Virus record (IMG/VR): IMGVR_UViG_3300047564_005847
From: an uncultured virus (IMG/VR IMGVR_UViG_3300047564_005847)
Lineage: Duplodnaviria; Heunggongvirae; Uroviricota; Caudoviricetes
DNA: 20,000 nt
Direction: 5' to 3' (one strand)
Below are positions 8,998-18,460 of the stretch, piece after piece. The notes beneath the pieces are model-generated. The model was given only the letters and a program-made list of their open reading frames with translations, did not search any database and had not been told where the DNA came from. The stretch's first letter is position 1. Each line of letters starts with the position of its first letter. A program made the position numbers and the translations under genes.

Positions 8998-11292
8998 ATG
9001 GCAACTGACCCCGCAGTTGAAAGTGCACAAAAACGTCTTGAGATCGAGGAAGCGATCGCTCGCGTCATGGCCAAAGAAGGCGAGATCATGGTGCAGAATG
9101 AGAAGCTTAGAGCTGCTCAGGCTGCAAATAATTCTCAAGACGCTGAAAGAGCAAGAACTGAAATAGGAAAACTCCAGAGCCAGATTGAAGTTCTTAGGAA
9201 GTCAACAGGCATAGTAACCTCGCGCACGTCTGATTTTAGTAGAGCGATCAACGATGTTGGCACCTCATCGGCTTCCACAAGAAGTTCTATCGGGGGTGTG
9301 TCTGACGCGACAGGAATGTTTGGTGCAGCCACAGGGGCTGTGATAGATCAACTGGTACAATTTAGAGAACAACTACAAGGTGTCTCTCAAGACCGATACG
9401 ACTTCGTGACTTCTATATCTGAAGCAATCGGTGGCTCGTCGCGCTTTTACGCTTTGAATGCTGAAAAAGTTAATTCATTCGATGAAGAGATGTCGACCTA
9501 TCAACGTAATAACCTTGATCGCATGCAGGTGTACTACAGAAACTTAGGCAGCTTGGCTAAAATAAACGGAAAAGATCTATCAGACGCACAGATGGAAGTC
9601 ATCGGAGCAGTCGGTGCTGGTTCTGATGCTTTCCAGAAAGGGCAGTTTGCAGCTAGGAAGTTCTTTGGGCTCGCATCTGGTTTTAGAAAAGACGCGCAGG
9701 GCCAAATACTGCCCGATGGCTTCTTTCGGATCCAGGGCATACCAGTTGAAGATGTGTTCGGTAGCGCTGCCGCCGCAATGCAACCTCTCACAGACATCCT
9801 GTCTGATGAGACACTAACAACAGCGTTTTCGAAGCGTATCCACGATGAGGAGAGTGCCGAGGCGGTCATCAATGACACGCTGCGCATGAGCACAGCCATC
9901 AAGGCGTTCGGCATCTCGTCGGCACAGGCAACTGAGCTCGTACGATTGAACTACATCAACACGGGCGAAGCGAGCACAGATTACTTCAATACAGTCGTCA
10001 AAGCAGCGACTTACGGTGAGAAAGCATTCGGTTATAGCAGTCAACTCATCATCAGCGACGTCATCAAAATGTCAAATAACTTTGACACATTTGGTTTTAG
10101 AACTGCTGAGGATTTTGCAAAGATTTCAGCTGCTGCACACGATGTGCATCTAACCATCAACGACCTACAAAGTGTGATGGGTAAGTTCAACACGTTCGAG
10201 TCAGCAGCGGGTGCAGTTGGACAGCTAAATGCAGCGTTGGGAACTAACTTCGACGCAATGGAGCTGATGACACTCAAGTTTGAGGATCCTGCGCAGTTTA
10301 TCCAGCGCTTGCGTGACGGCTTCGTGTCAGCGGGCAAGACGTTCGAGGATCTTCCGCAGACATACCGTTCAATGATCACCCAACAGCTGGGTATCACCAT
10401 GGAAGGCTTGCGCGGGATCATGGACGGGTCGGCACGCAACCTTGACGACCTCACACGGCAGCAGGAAGATGCAACTGCTCTTTACGATAAGGCGGGTCAA
10501 ACAGAAGCAGAGAAGCAAGCAGCACTCGATGAGATCGTCAAAGGACGCGTCAAGATCACGGGCGACATGATCGAGTCAGCAGGTAACATGGCTGAACAGG
10601 CCATGCGCGCGGCGAACCGGTACGAGAACACAACCAATCTATACATACAACGAACTGCCGAAGTGGCTGACAGCATCAACGACACTGCAGCGAAAATTGC
10701 GCAAGGCACAATACCAATGCTTAGAACTCAGATTGAAAGTCAAGTTGCAGCAATGTCAGGTGTACTCAAGGGTGTTCTTGATAACTCAAAGTTGACAAAA
10801 GATGCAATTGCAGAGGTTACAGCGGCAGCACGTGCTGCATATGCAGCATCGGGTCAATTAGCTGCAGACTTTGAAAAGAACTTCCCGGGCTTTATAGCTG
10901 CCGCGCAGGGCGGGGGCGCACCCACCCCACTGAGTGTGCCGGCCACGCCTACGACCACAGTCACTCCCGGAGACGCGAAAGACGTTGTCATGAGAGGAAC
11001 ACTTGATCCTGGTGAACGTATGGTTTTGTATAACTACGGTACACTGGCAGCAAAGAAGCTCGACGACCGCGACACATTAACAGCAGCACCGCCTGCTACA
11101 GAGGAACCCGCTGCTGCTCCGAAGTCAACTGCATCGAGACCTGCTATTCCTGCGCTCTCCGACGTTGTTCGTGCGTCCTTACAGGGGGTCGGCACCTCAC
11201 TGCGAATCGAGCTTGATGTTGGCCAGCTGACCGACCTCGTCCTTCGTGATATCATGATGAACAAACCTAACGTCTTCGGCGGGATAGGCTGA
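8998..11292 (+). CDS. Tape measure protein (putative)
   Basis: 764 aa, Ala/Gln/Met-rich and helical-looking with an N-terminal coiled coil. It has an FNTFESAAGAVGQLNAALG segment and the canonical position after the tube and chaperone genes. The C-terminal tail is Pro/Thr/Ala-rich. Confidence 0.75.
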   Translation: MATDPAVESAQKRLEIEEAIARVMAKEGEIMVQNEKLRAAQAANNSQDAERARTEIGKLQSQIEVLRKSTGIVTSRTSDFSRAINDVGTSSASTRSSIGGVSDATGMFGAATGAVIDQLVQFREQLQGVSQDRYDFVTSISEAIGGSSRFYALNAEKVNSFDEEMSTYQRNNLDRMQVYYRNLGSLAKINGKDLSDAQMEVIGAVGAGSDAFQKGQFAARKFFGLASGFRKDAQGQILPDGFFRIQGIPVEDVFGSAAAAMQPLTDILSDETLTTAFSKRIHDEESAEAVINDTLRMSTAIKAFGISSAQATELVRLNYINTGEASTDYFNTVVKAATYGEKAFGYSSQLIISDVIKMSNNFDTFGFRTAEDFAKISAAAHDVHLTINDLQSVMGKFNTFESAAGAVGQLNAALGTNFDAMELMTLKFEDPAQFIQRLRDGFVSAGKTFEDLPQTYRSMITQQLGITMEGLRGIMDGSARNLDDLTRQQEDATALYDKAGQTEAEKQAALDEIVKGRVKITGDMIESAGNMAEQAMRAANRYENTTNLYIQRTAEVADSINDTAAKIAQGTIPMLRTQIESQVAAMSGVLKGVLDNSKLTKDAIAEVTAAARAAYAASGQLAADFEKNFPGFIAAAQGGGAPTPLSVPATPTTTVTPGDAKDVVMRGTLDPGERMVLYNYGTLAAKKLDDRDTLTAAPPATEEPAAAPKSTASRPAIPALSDVVRASLQGVGTSLRIELDVGQLTDLVLRDIMMNKPNVFGGIG

Positions 11293-11495
11293 TGCACGTC
11301 AGAGATCTCCTTGATCTGACAGTTGAAGAGCAGGCAGCACTGCAGCATTTTGAGAAGGAGCTCGATCGCCTCGCAGCCGCCTCACCACCCGTGATCTCAG
11401 AGACAGAGATAAGTAAGATTGAGACATCGTTAACCAGCATCATCGAGGAGATCGTCGACCGTGGCAGAAAGCAGGCAAACAAGAGCAACGCTTAG
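11292..11495 (+). CDS. Small acidic helical hypothetical protein (67 aa)
   Basis: TGATG stop/start overlap with the tape measure gene. It fills the gap to the next gene and overlaps it by 35 nt. Confidence 0.6.
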   Translation: MHVRDLLDLTVEEQAALQHFEKELDRLAAASPPVISETEISKIETSLTSIIEEIVDRGRKQANKSNA

Positions 11496-14400
11496 AGATT
11501 TTCTCGCCGCCCGTGGGTCGAGTGCGTCATCTATCACACTGACACCTGATGCATCCAGCTCACCTCCAGGCGGTGCCTTCAATGAAGGCGACGACCTCGG
11601 CGTTGATCCGAACACTGCAGAGCCGCTGCTCGGGCTCGACGGCTTGGCGGCAGCATATGTCGCCTTCCTAACACAGCAGAGTGGCAACCTCTACGAGATC
11701 ACACCGCAAGGTGAGGAAGCACCCACATCTAACCGAGGTGATCAGCTCCAAGATCCTAGTCAGCAAGGTGCTGCTCGCGTCTTTGTCAGGCCAGGTACGA
11801 CGCTGGGTCAGGCGATGCAGCTATCCAACAGCGGCATACAAGATGCCACTGACTATCCTATCGCATCTTACCTCGACAAGACGGGTGGCAATCCTGATCT
11901 AAGCGGCGACGGATTACTTGCGTCAGTTGCAGGTCGCCGCCTGGATTTGACAGGTAATCCAGAGATTGACACGCCAGTCAACACAGCCACGCAGAGTGGA
12001 AAGATGCAGACAGGTGTCCTGCAGACGCTTGACAACAATAACAGAGCTGCACCTCCGATTGAGCCCGGCTCACTGTCGACAGTCGCGATCCCAAATCGCA
12101 TAACGATCAACGAGATCGACCAACAACCGCTGCAATCGGCACAGCGAGCGTTTGGTGACTACGTCAAGGATGACGGTGCCACATCCCAAGCTTACACATA
12201 CGACAGGTTGCGGAATGTAGGCGCTTGGCTGATCGCGTCTGCAGCGGGTTACAACATGCCTGCAGGTGAGAATGAGCCCCAAGATGTCGAGCAGTTCTTC
12301 ACACAGGGCATCAATCCCGACGCTCGCATCAGCACCGTTGCCAATCAGCTTGCCACTAAGCGAGGCAACGACACGATCACGCTGGACGACACGGTGGCAT
12401 CCAACGCACCAGGCTATCCCAAGCAAGCGTCAGGTGCCTCCATGCGCGCCGACCGTGGCGCGGTCAAGCCTCCCGATGAAGATGCACCCTACTCTGAGCA
12501 GACGACGACGTCTTATACGTCTGAGACACCCTTCTCTGACACGTCCCGTCAAGGTAATGCAAAGCTGGCACAAGCAAAGGCACTTCTCGCGATCAACCGC
12601 TTGGCAGAGCTAGTCAACGCTGATCTTGTGCAGGATCCAGACGGAGCCAAGAAGTCATCAAGTGAGTTGAAGAGTTTAGGGCCCTACTTCATGGGCGGAT
12701 CGATCTATGGGCGCGTCAACGCGATGCACAGGATGATCTTGGGTGTCACATATGTTCCAACTCGCAACGCGTACAAGGATGCCGTCGTCGCTGGTATGGG
12801 TGTGATGCTGGGCAAGGATCTGTCTAGCGGCGGCACACCTCGCCAGATCGGCGACTACTACGGTGCGATGCCAGTATCACCTGGGTTCTGGGAGGCAGTC
12901 GCAAAGTCAGCTGTTGACACTATCAGACAGATGCGTGTGACAGGTGACATCGCTGACGCGCTCTCTCCGCAGTACTACGTCGATCTGAGCAGGAGTAAGG
13001 CCGTCAAGATGATGAACGCGTTTGCCACAGTCGGTGACATCATCCTTCAGGTGACGGGCAAGACGTTCGACCCAGAGACGATTGGATCTGACATAAGGAC
13101 GGCTGCTGGGATCGAGCAAGTTGACGATCTACCCGTGACGGCGGGCACACGCATCTCAAAGAGCAGAGAGGGCTCGGGCAGGTCGCCCCTCGCGCTCAGC
13201 TGGCGTGGCAGTAGCCTACCCGGCCTCTACATGCTGTCAGACGACGTTGTGCGAGCATCACTTCAGATGGGTAACCTGCTAACAGGTGAGAACCCAGCAC
13301 GAGGCATGCTCGCCTCCTCGTTGATCGACAAGACGTACACGGATCCCACGCTGAAGGGCTCCAAGGCGCGTATTCCAGGTGACATCGTCAAGATCATCGA
13401 GGACAAGCTCGACGCCGAGTACGTCCCTTTCTACTTCCACGACCTCCGCACTAACGAGATCATCTCATTCCACGCGTTCCTGGAGCAGCTATCTGATGCA
13501 TTTGCAGCTAACTACACCGCCTATAAGACGTACGGACGCGCCGACCCGATCCAGATGTACTCATCTACCACCCGCACACTATCGCTATCGTTCACGATCG
13601 CAGCGACATCCCGTGATGACTTTGATGAGATGTGGTATAAGGTCAATCGTCTAATTGCTTCGACCTATCCCAAGTACACGAAGGGACAGAGCGTAGAAAA
13701 CTTAGCGAGCGGAATTGAGTTTGAGCAACCCTTCAGTCAGGTCATCGGTGCAACTCCGATCACACGGTTGCGCATCGGCGACGTTGTCAAGAGCAACTAC
13801 TCACGCTTTAATCTTGCTCGCTTCTTCGGTATCGGTAGTGAAGGCACAGATGTGGGCGGATTTAATAAGTCAAGTTCAAACACTAGATCAGGCGGTATTA
13901 GCCAGGCTTATAAAGCTGGTGCAGATGTGCAAAGCAATACAGTGGGAGGTCTTGCAGGTGGTGTAGGGTCAGCAGCCAAATCTTTGTTTGGATTTGGTGA
14001 TTATGCTTCAAGTGTATCTATGCAAAAATTTTATCTTTTATTTGGCTCACCTGTCAAAAGCGCTGCCACTGCGTTTGGTCTCGGTGATACTAATACAGGC
14101 AATACACTTAACACATTAGCAACAAACGCTGCATCAAACTTTTTAGTCAATGGCTTTGTTAATCCACTAGGCTACGGATTAATGACTGCATTTACACAAA
14201 ATCCTGACAATACGTCGACCACAGATCTAGAGGGCATTGTAGGTCTATCTGATATTCAAGGAACACAAAATAGAGGATTTGCTCCCAATCTAACGATCGC
14301 GTATCTAAAGCCCAGAGAGCGTGCATATGACACAGTTGACGCTACTGGAAATATCATCGGTAAATTCACTGCGAGAAGAGCGCTAAAAGTTTTCGTTTTA

Positions 14401-15108
14401 AGACGTGAAGAACCTACTACTAATAGATCAACGTTCCGCGATCCGCCATGGGGCACAATAAATGCTATTGCTGATGAAGACACACCGACAAGAGAGACAA
14501 GATACATTGTGTCTGTAGTCGATCCTTCCCAGTTTATTCCCATCAAGCGAGATGGCGAGAGTGACAATGCAACAGGCGAGAGAATTTTAGTCACTCATGA
14601 TGACCTGCAGCCAGATCTTGGCAGTGTCTTCTCACCTGCAGCTTTAATCATTAATCCAGCTGAAACTTTGTTAGATGCACTTCTAACAGGTGCAGACACA
14701 GTAGCTGCAGTTGGCAATTTAAATGTCTCAAGCCTCATTGACAATGCAACTGACACAGGTGTCAAGGGTTTCATGTCTCCCGAGAACAACACAATAGTCA
14801 GATCATTTGAGCACAACAAGGGGCGCGGCCTCGCAGGCGTCATCAAGCAGCTTTCCTTCAACTGGATCGACTTCAACTGGGAAACTGACTGGGGTGCCCG
14901 CGCCCCAATGGGCACGAAAGTGACGATCTCCTTCGAGTGCATCCACGACCTCCCACCTGGCCTTGATGAGAGCGGTTACATGCGTGCTCCGACCCATAAC
15001 GTTGGCTCTATCATGAACACAATCGCAGGTGACCCGTATGACGATGGTGGCACGATCTCTCGGGCGAACTTCTCAAGGCAGGGTGCCTCTAGCGTGGTGA
15101 AGAAGTAA
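11461..15108 (+). CDS. Large baseplate structural protein with a C-terminal tube-initiator-like domain (gp48/gp54-type, putative)
   Basis: 1215 aa with a GTG start and GAGGAG at 11445-11450. The segment YVPFYFHDLR...FHAFLEQLSD.F...Y.....YGRADPIQMYSSTTRTLSLSF...LRIGD...GVIKQLSFNW...WET...RAP....V.ISF resembles tube-fold baseplate proteins. It lies between the tape measure and LysM genes. Confidence 0.6.
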   Translation: MAESRQTRATLRDFLAARGSSASSITLTPDASSSPPGGAFNEGDDLGVDPNTAEPLLGLDGLAAAYVAFLTQQSGNLYEITPQGEEAPTSNRGDQLQDPSQQGAARVFVRPGTTLGQAMQLSNSGIQDATDYPIASYLDKTGGNPDLSGDGLLASVAGRRLDLTGNPEIDTPVNTATQSGKMQTGVLQTLDNNNRAAPPIEPGSLSTVAIPNRITINEIDQQPLQSAQRAFGDYVKDDGATSQAYTYDRLRNVGAWLIASAAGYNMPAGENEPQDVEQFFTQGINPDARISTVANQLATKRGNDTITLDDTVASNAPGYPKQASGASMRADRGAVKPPDEDAPYSEQTTTSYTSETPFSDTSRQGNAKLAQAKALLAINRLAELVNADLVQDPDGAKKSSSELKSLGPYFMGGSIYGRVNAMHRMILGVTYVPTRNAYKDAVVAGMGVMLGKDLSSGGTPRQIGDYYGAMPVSPGFWEAVAKSAVDTIRQMRVTGDIADALSPQYYVDLSRSKAVKMMNAFATVGDIILQVTGKTFDPETIGSDIRTAAGIEQVDDLPVTAGTRISKSREGSGRSPLALSWRGSSLPGLYMLSDDVVRASLQMGNLLTGENPARGMLASSLIDKTYTDPTLKGSKARIPGDIVKIIEDKLDAEYVPFYFHDLRTNEIISFHAFLEQLSDAFAANYTAYKTYGRADPIQMYSSTTRTLSLSFTIAATSRDDFDEMWYKVNRLIASTYPKYTKGQSVENLASGIEFEQPFSQVIGATPITRLRIGDVVKSNYSRFNLARFFGIGSEGTDVGGFNKSSSNTRSGGISQAYKAGADVQSNTVGGLAGGVGSAAKSLFGFGDYASSVSMQKFYLLFGSPVKSAATAFGLGDTNTGNTLNTLATNAASNFLVNGFVNPLGYGLMTAFTQNPDNTSTTDLEGIVGLSDIQGTQNRGFAPNLTIAYLKPRERAYDTVDATGNIIGKFTARRALKVFVLRREEPTTNRSTFRDPPWGTINAIADEDTPTRETRYIVSVVDPSQFIPIKRDGESDNATGERILVTHDDLQPDLGSVFSPAALIINPAETLLDALLTGADTVAAVGNLNVSSLIDNATDTGVKGFMSPENNTIVRSFEHNKGRGLAGVIKQLSFNWIDFNWETDWGARAPMGTKVTISFECIHDLPPGLDESGYMRAPTHNVGSIMNTIAGDPYDDGGTISRANFSRQGASSVVKK

Positions 15109-15404
15109 TGGCAAGAAGCAGATACACATTCGTGAGCCGCATCAACAACGGGCAAGGGATCGCCAACTGGCTGGGTGGGACGACGATCTTCAACGCCGTG
15201 CTGTCAGGTGAGCTTGAAGCTGATACAATCGTCTTGACACAGGGACAGCGACTTGACCACCTCGCAGGTCAGTACTACGGCAACGGTAGGTACTGGTGGA
15301 TCATCGCAGCAGCAAGTGGAATTGGTTGGTCACTGCAGTGCCCGCCCGGCACCGTTGTTAAGATCCCTAAGAACCTCGACGCAGCGTTGAGCATCGGACG
15401 TTAA
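15108..15404 (+). CDS. LysM / tail-X-like baseplate wedge protein (gp53-like)
   Basis: 98 aa; GQRLDHLAGQYYGNGRYWWIIAAASGI...PPGTVVKIP is a typical phage baseplate LysM motif. TAATG overlap with the upstream gene. Confidence 0.88.
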   Translation: MARSRYTFVSRINNGQGIANWLGGTTIFNAVLSGELEADTIVLTQGQRLDHLAGQYYGNGRYWWIIAAASGIGWSLQCPPGTVVKIPKNLDAALSIGR

Positions 15405-15405
15405 T

Positions 15406-18400
15406 ATGGGCGATACAGTCAACCCCTCTCTAAACAACACAAACTTCACGCCAACCTCTGAGCTGCAGGTTGCTTACAAAGATCTACGTGAGTACCTGAT
15501 GCTGAGAAGTAACAATGAGTTACTCGAAGACACATCAGCCAGTGCATCTTCATCAAAGACAAGTAACAATCAATCTAATAATACGCTTGGAATATCAACA
15601 ATTCTATCACCCGATGGTGCATTTTTCTCAAAAGATATTCCTGACATTCTAAAGCAGTTAAATCTGCAACCTGCTACTCAAACTGGTGTAAAAGACACAG
15701 GCGATATTAATGTGTACGGCGCAGTTGATAGTGATTATGGAGAAAAATTGTTTGATGCCGTCGGCATTAAAGTCGACAAATTTGAAGTAAGTTCCTACAG
15801 CGTCGCTGCAGCTGTTAGTGAAGTAAGTGTTGACATTTCTAGCAAACTCGCAGAGATTGACTTAAGACGCGCGCAGATAGCAGCAGATCGCGATGTTTTA
15901 AGAAGCATTTCACCGCCGCCTGCCGACCTTGCAGCAAAGTTTACTGTGTTAAATACAGAAGATGCAAGCCTAATAGGACAACGGCTGAAACTAAGCTCCG
16001 AACTTCGTCAAAATAGAAAAAGATCTGACGCACTTAAAGATGCAAAAGACAAAAGAAAAGCCGTCTTGTTAAGAGACATCAACAAAAATGGTGATACACC
16101 TAATTTTAACAATACACATGTGTCTCTCTATAGACACGTTGGGCAGTATCTCGACCCTGCATCAGCAGCTTCTGACTATTGCAATATCTTCTTTAACGCC
16201 ATCGACAGCATTAACATGTCAATGTGCGTTCCATTTTTTCGGCTCAACATCATCGATCGATTTGCAAAGAAGAAAGGGCGCCACTCAAAGCTGTCGCTAT
16301 CAGCTTTTTTGAAGCAATCAACCGACAAAATGGGTGACAAGATCTTCTATGAGGCAGAACCTTTCACAACAAACACATCTGTATCTGTAGCAAAAAAATT
16401 AAAAAGTGGAAAAGTTATAAGTACAGAAGCATTTTTTGCGCCACAGACACTGTTACCTGATCCCACAGAGATCTTGTCAAATCCTCGTCGTCTTGATACG
16501 TCTGTCCCGTTGATGTCGCTCAACAGCTTCAGTATTGGAATTGAAACTGTGGGCATTGCTCTTTTATCAAGGAAGACGGCAGATCTGTCTATTACACTGC
16601 ACGATCGCTCAAGGCTAACGGACATATCACCGCTTGTCTCAGTGGGTAACTTCTCATCTTTGTACTTTGAGATCGAGTGGGGTTGGACACACCCACACGG
16701 TGAAGCAAAGTTTGATAATCCTGTTGCACGCTACCTCAACTCACTGAGATATCGTGAAGTTTTTTCACCTACGTCCTACAACATGACAATGGCAGACGGC
16801 GGTGCAATGAACATTTCTATACGTCTTATCGGTGGCGGTTCACTCGACGCAGTTAACGGCTCGATCTTGAACGGTGGGTTCTTAACAAGAACATACGCAT
16901 CGCAGATGCTTGACAAGCTAATTAAATCAGAGATTGCTGCCGAAGAAGGCGATGAAGCAGCCACAGAAGAGATTAGAGCTGTGACTAAAGTTCTAGTTGA
17001 TAAATCTAGAACTGCGCACATGGTGGACGGATCTTTTGTGAAAGAGCTGTGGTCGTATGTTGATTACGAAGCCAGAACGCCCGAATCAAGAGCGACTTTA
17101 ATCAAAAATCTTCAATCTATCTTGGAACAAAGTGATTACTACAAGAACGAAGAGGTATTTAGCGTAATCAGAAATAATATACCTCTTGTGACAAGCTACT
17201 CTCCATCATCTGTAAAATTTGAAGCGCTGAAGAGTAGATACGGATCTCAAGTCGATGTCAAGGATTTCACTTCTGTGGCTAGTTACCTTGCTCTCTTGAT
17301 TGGCTCGCCACTTGCATCAACAGGCCTTTACTCCGAAGTTCAGATACACACTTTTAAATTTAATGATGCGGCTGGCGCGATGGCAGGAATGCAGATCTCT
17401 GACGCTCCCATCAGAGTTGCCGATGTTATTAAAAATTCTGACCAAGAAGGCTCTCTTGCACAGAATACAAGCATCTCAAACGCACTGTCTCTTCTTGCAA
17501 ATTATCTCAGCAATCCCAAACAGCCGCTGTATGAAATTTCATCATCTACAGAGTATTCAAAAATAAAAGTTGACGAGCCAAAGAAGGATGATAAAGATCC
17601 TGCTGCTGCGCCTGATCAAAAGGCACAAGATAAACCAGATAGTTTTAAAAAGCCCGACGATTTCACAACACCCAACATTAGATACATCATCAGAAGCATT
17701 CCTGCCAAAGAGTATACGAATGAGAGTAAGAAGACGATCGCTGATTACGTTGTCAATCCTGAAAAACTGGTCGCACAAGTCATCATCTACGACGCAAACT
17801 CATCGCCAAATTACAACAAGATCATCGGAGCGTACAGCTACGGTAAGCTGAAAGGCAAGGACGGAGAAACGATCACACCTGACTTCGCCAAAGATGTCTT
17901 CAAGCGCGCTTTTCCAAGCATTGTCTACGGTGCCACAAATTCAATGTTGAAGTCAGTCAACGTCTCAACTGACATTAACAACGCAATCTCTCAACAGAAC
18001 ATCCTCGACATGGGAAAGGATATCTATCTGGGGCGCAGTAAGTCAGATGCGTCAACTGACGTGAGTGAGATTTCTCTCTTTCCAGGCTCAGTGACGATAT
18101 CAATGATAGGACTGCCCATCATCGAACGTGGTCAGGAAGTCTACCTTGACTTGGGCACAGGGACAACTCTCGACGCTCTCTACTACGTTACATCAGTCAA
18201 ACACGACTTCCGACCAGGAGAGTTCACTACTAACCTCACACTGACTTACAAGGGACAAGGCTCAGTGATGAGTTTGGATACAATGCTCAAGCAGTTTAAT
18301 GACACGCTGAAGCCCAAAGAGAAAGCACCTGAAGCTGTTAAACCTACAACATCGGCACCAACCACATCATCAGATCTTCCACCGCTTGGTAGGCAGACGG

Positions 18401-18429
18401 GTGTAATTAGAACAGTTCCTATTACATGA
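15406..18429 (+). CDS. Baseplate hub protein (gp27 / late control D-like, putative)
   Basis: 1007 aa, immediately after the LysM gene. It has a FEIEWGW motif and the C-terminal SVTISMIGLPIIERGQEVYLDLGTGTTLDALYYVTSVKHDFRPGEFTTNLTL, typical of hub protein ends (G.Y.V..V.H.....F.T.L). Confidence 0.7.
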   Translation: MGDTVNPSLNNTNFTPTSELQVAYKDLREYLMLRSNNELLEDTSASASSSKTSNNQSNNTLGISTILSPDGAFFSKDIPDILKQLNLQPATQTGVKDTGDINVYGAVDSDYGEKLFDAVGIKVDKFEVSSYSVAAAVSEVSVDISSKLAEIDLRRAQIAADRDVLRSISPPPADLAAKFTVLNTEDASLIGQRLKLSSELRQNRKRSDALKDAKDKRKAVLLRDINKNGDTPNFNNTHVSLYRHVGQYLDPASAASDYCNIFFNAIDSINMSMCVPFFRLNIIDRFAKKKGRHSKLSLSAFLKQSTDKMGDKIFYEAEPFTTNTSVSVAKKLKSGKVISTEAFFAPQTLLPDPTEILSNPRRLDTSVPLMSLNSFSIGIETVGIALLSRKTADLSITLHDRSRLTDISPLVSVGNFSSLYFEIEWGWTHPHGEAKFDNPVARYLNSLRYREVFSPTSYNMTMADGGAMNISIRLIGGGSLDAVNGSILNGGFLTRTYASQMLDKLIKSEIAAEEGDEAATEEIRAVTKVLVDKSRTAHMVDGSFVKELWSYVDYEARTPESRATLIKNLQSILEQSDYYKNEEVFSVIRNNIPLVTSYSPSSVKFEALKSRYGSQVDVKDFTSVASYLALLIGSPLASTGLYSEVQIHTFKFNDAAGAMAGMQISDAPIRVADVIKNSDQEGSLAQNTSISNALSLLANYLSNPKQPLYEISSSTEYSKIKVDEPKKDDKDPAAAPDQKAQDKPDSFKKPDDFTTPNIRYIIRSIPAKEYTNESKKTIADYVVNPEKLVAQVIIYDANSSPNYNKIIGAYSYGKLKGKDGETITPDFAKDVFKRAFPSIVYGATNSMLKSVNVSTDINNAISQQNILDMGKDIYLGRSKSDASTDVSEISLFPGSVTISMIGLPIIERGQEVYLDLGTGTTLDALYYVTSVKHDFRPGEFTTNLTLTYKGQGSVMSLDTMLKQFNDTLKPKEKAPEAVKPTTSAPTTSSDLPPLGRQTGVIRTVPIT

Positions 18430-18454
18430 TAAATTTAGGATTTTTGTGTATGAT
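18426..18454 (+). promoter_or_regulatory. Possible sigma70-type promoter for the polymerase gene
   Basis: ATGATA (18426-18431), 17 nt, then TATGAT (18449-18454), with an ATG 6 nt further on at 18461; AT-rich context. Confidence 0.35.
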
Positions 18455-18460
18455 CTGTGT

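Noticed and set aside
13837..14765. Intein or intron as the explanation for the AT-rich insert
   Set aside because: There are no intein terminal motifs or homing endonuclease motifs, and the reading frame is continuous.
1..18429. Interpretation as a bacterial extracellular contractile injection system (Afp/PVC-like) or tailocin
   Set aside because: Multiple sheaths fit, but there is no AAA ATPase or effector gene here, the genes are T4-like and oversized, and phage-type polymerase and HD genes follow directly. This is not fully excluded without seeing capsid genes.
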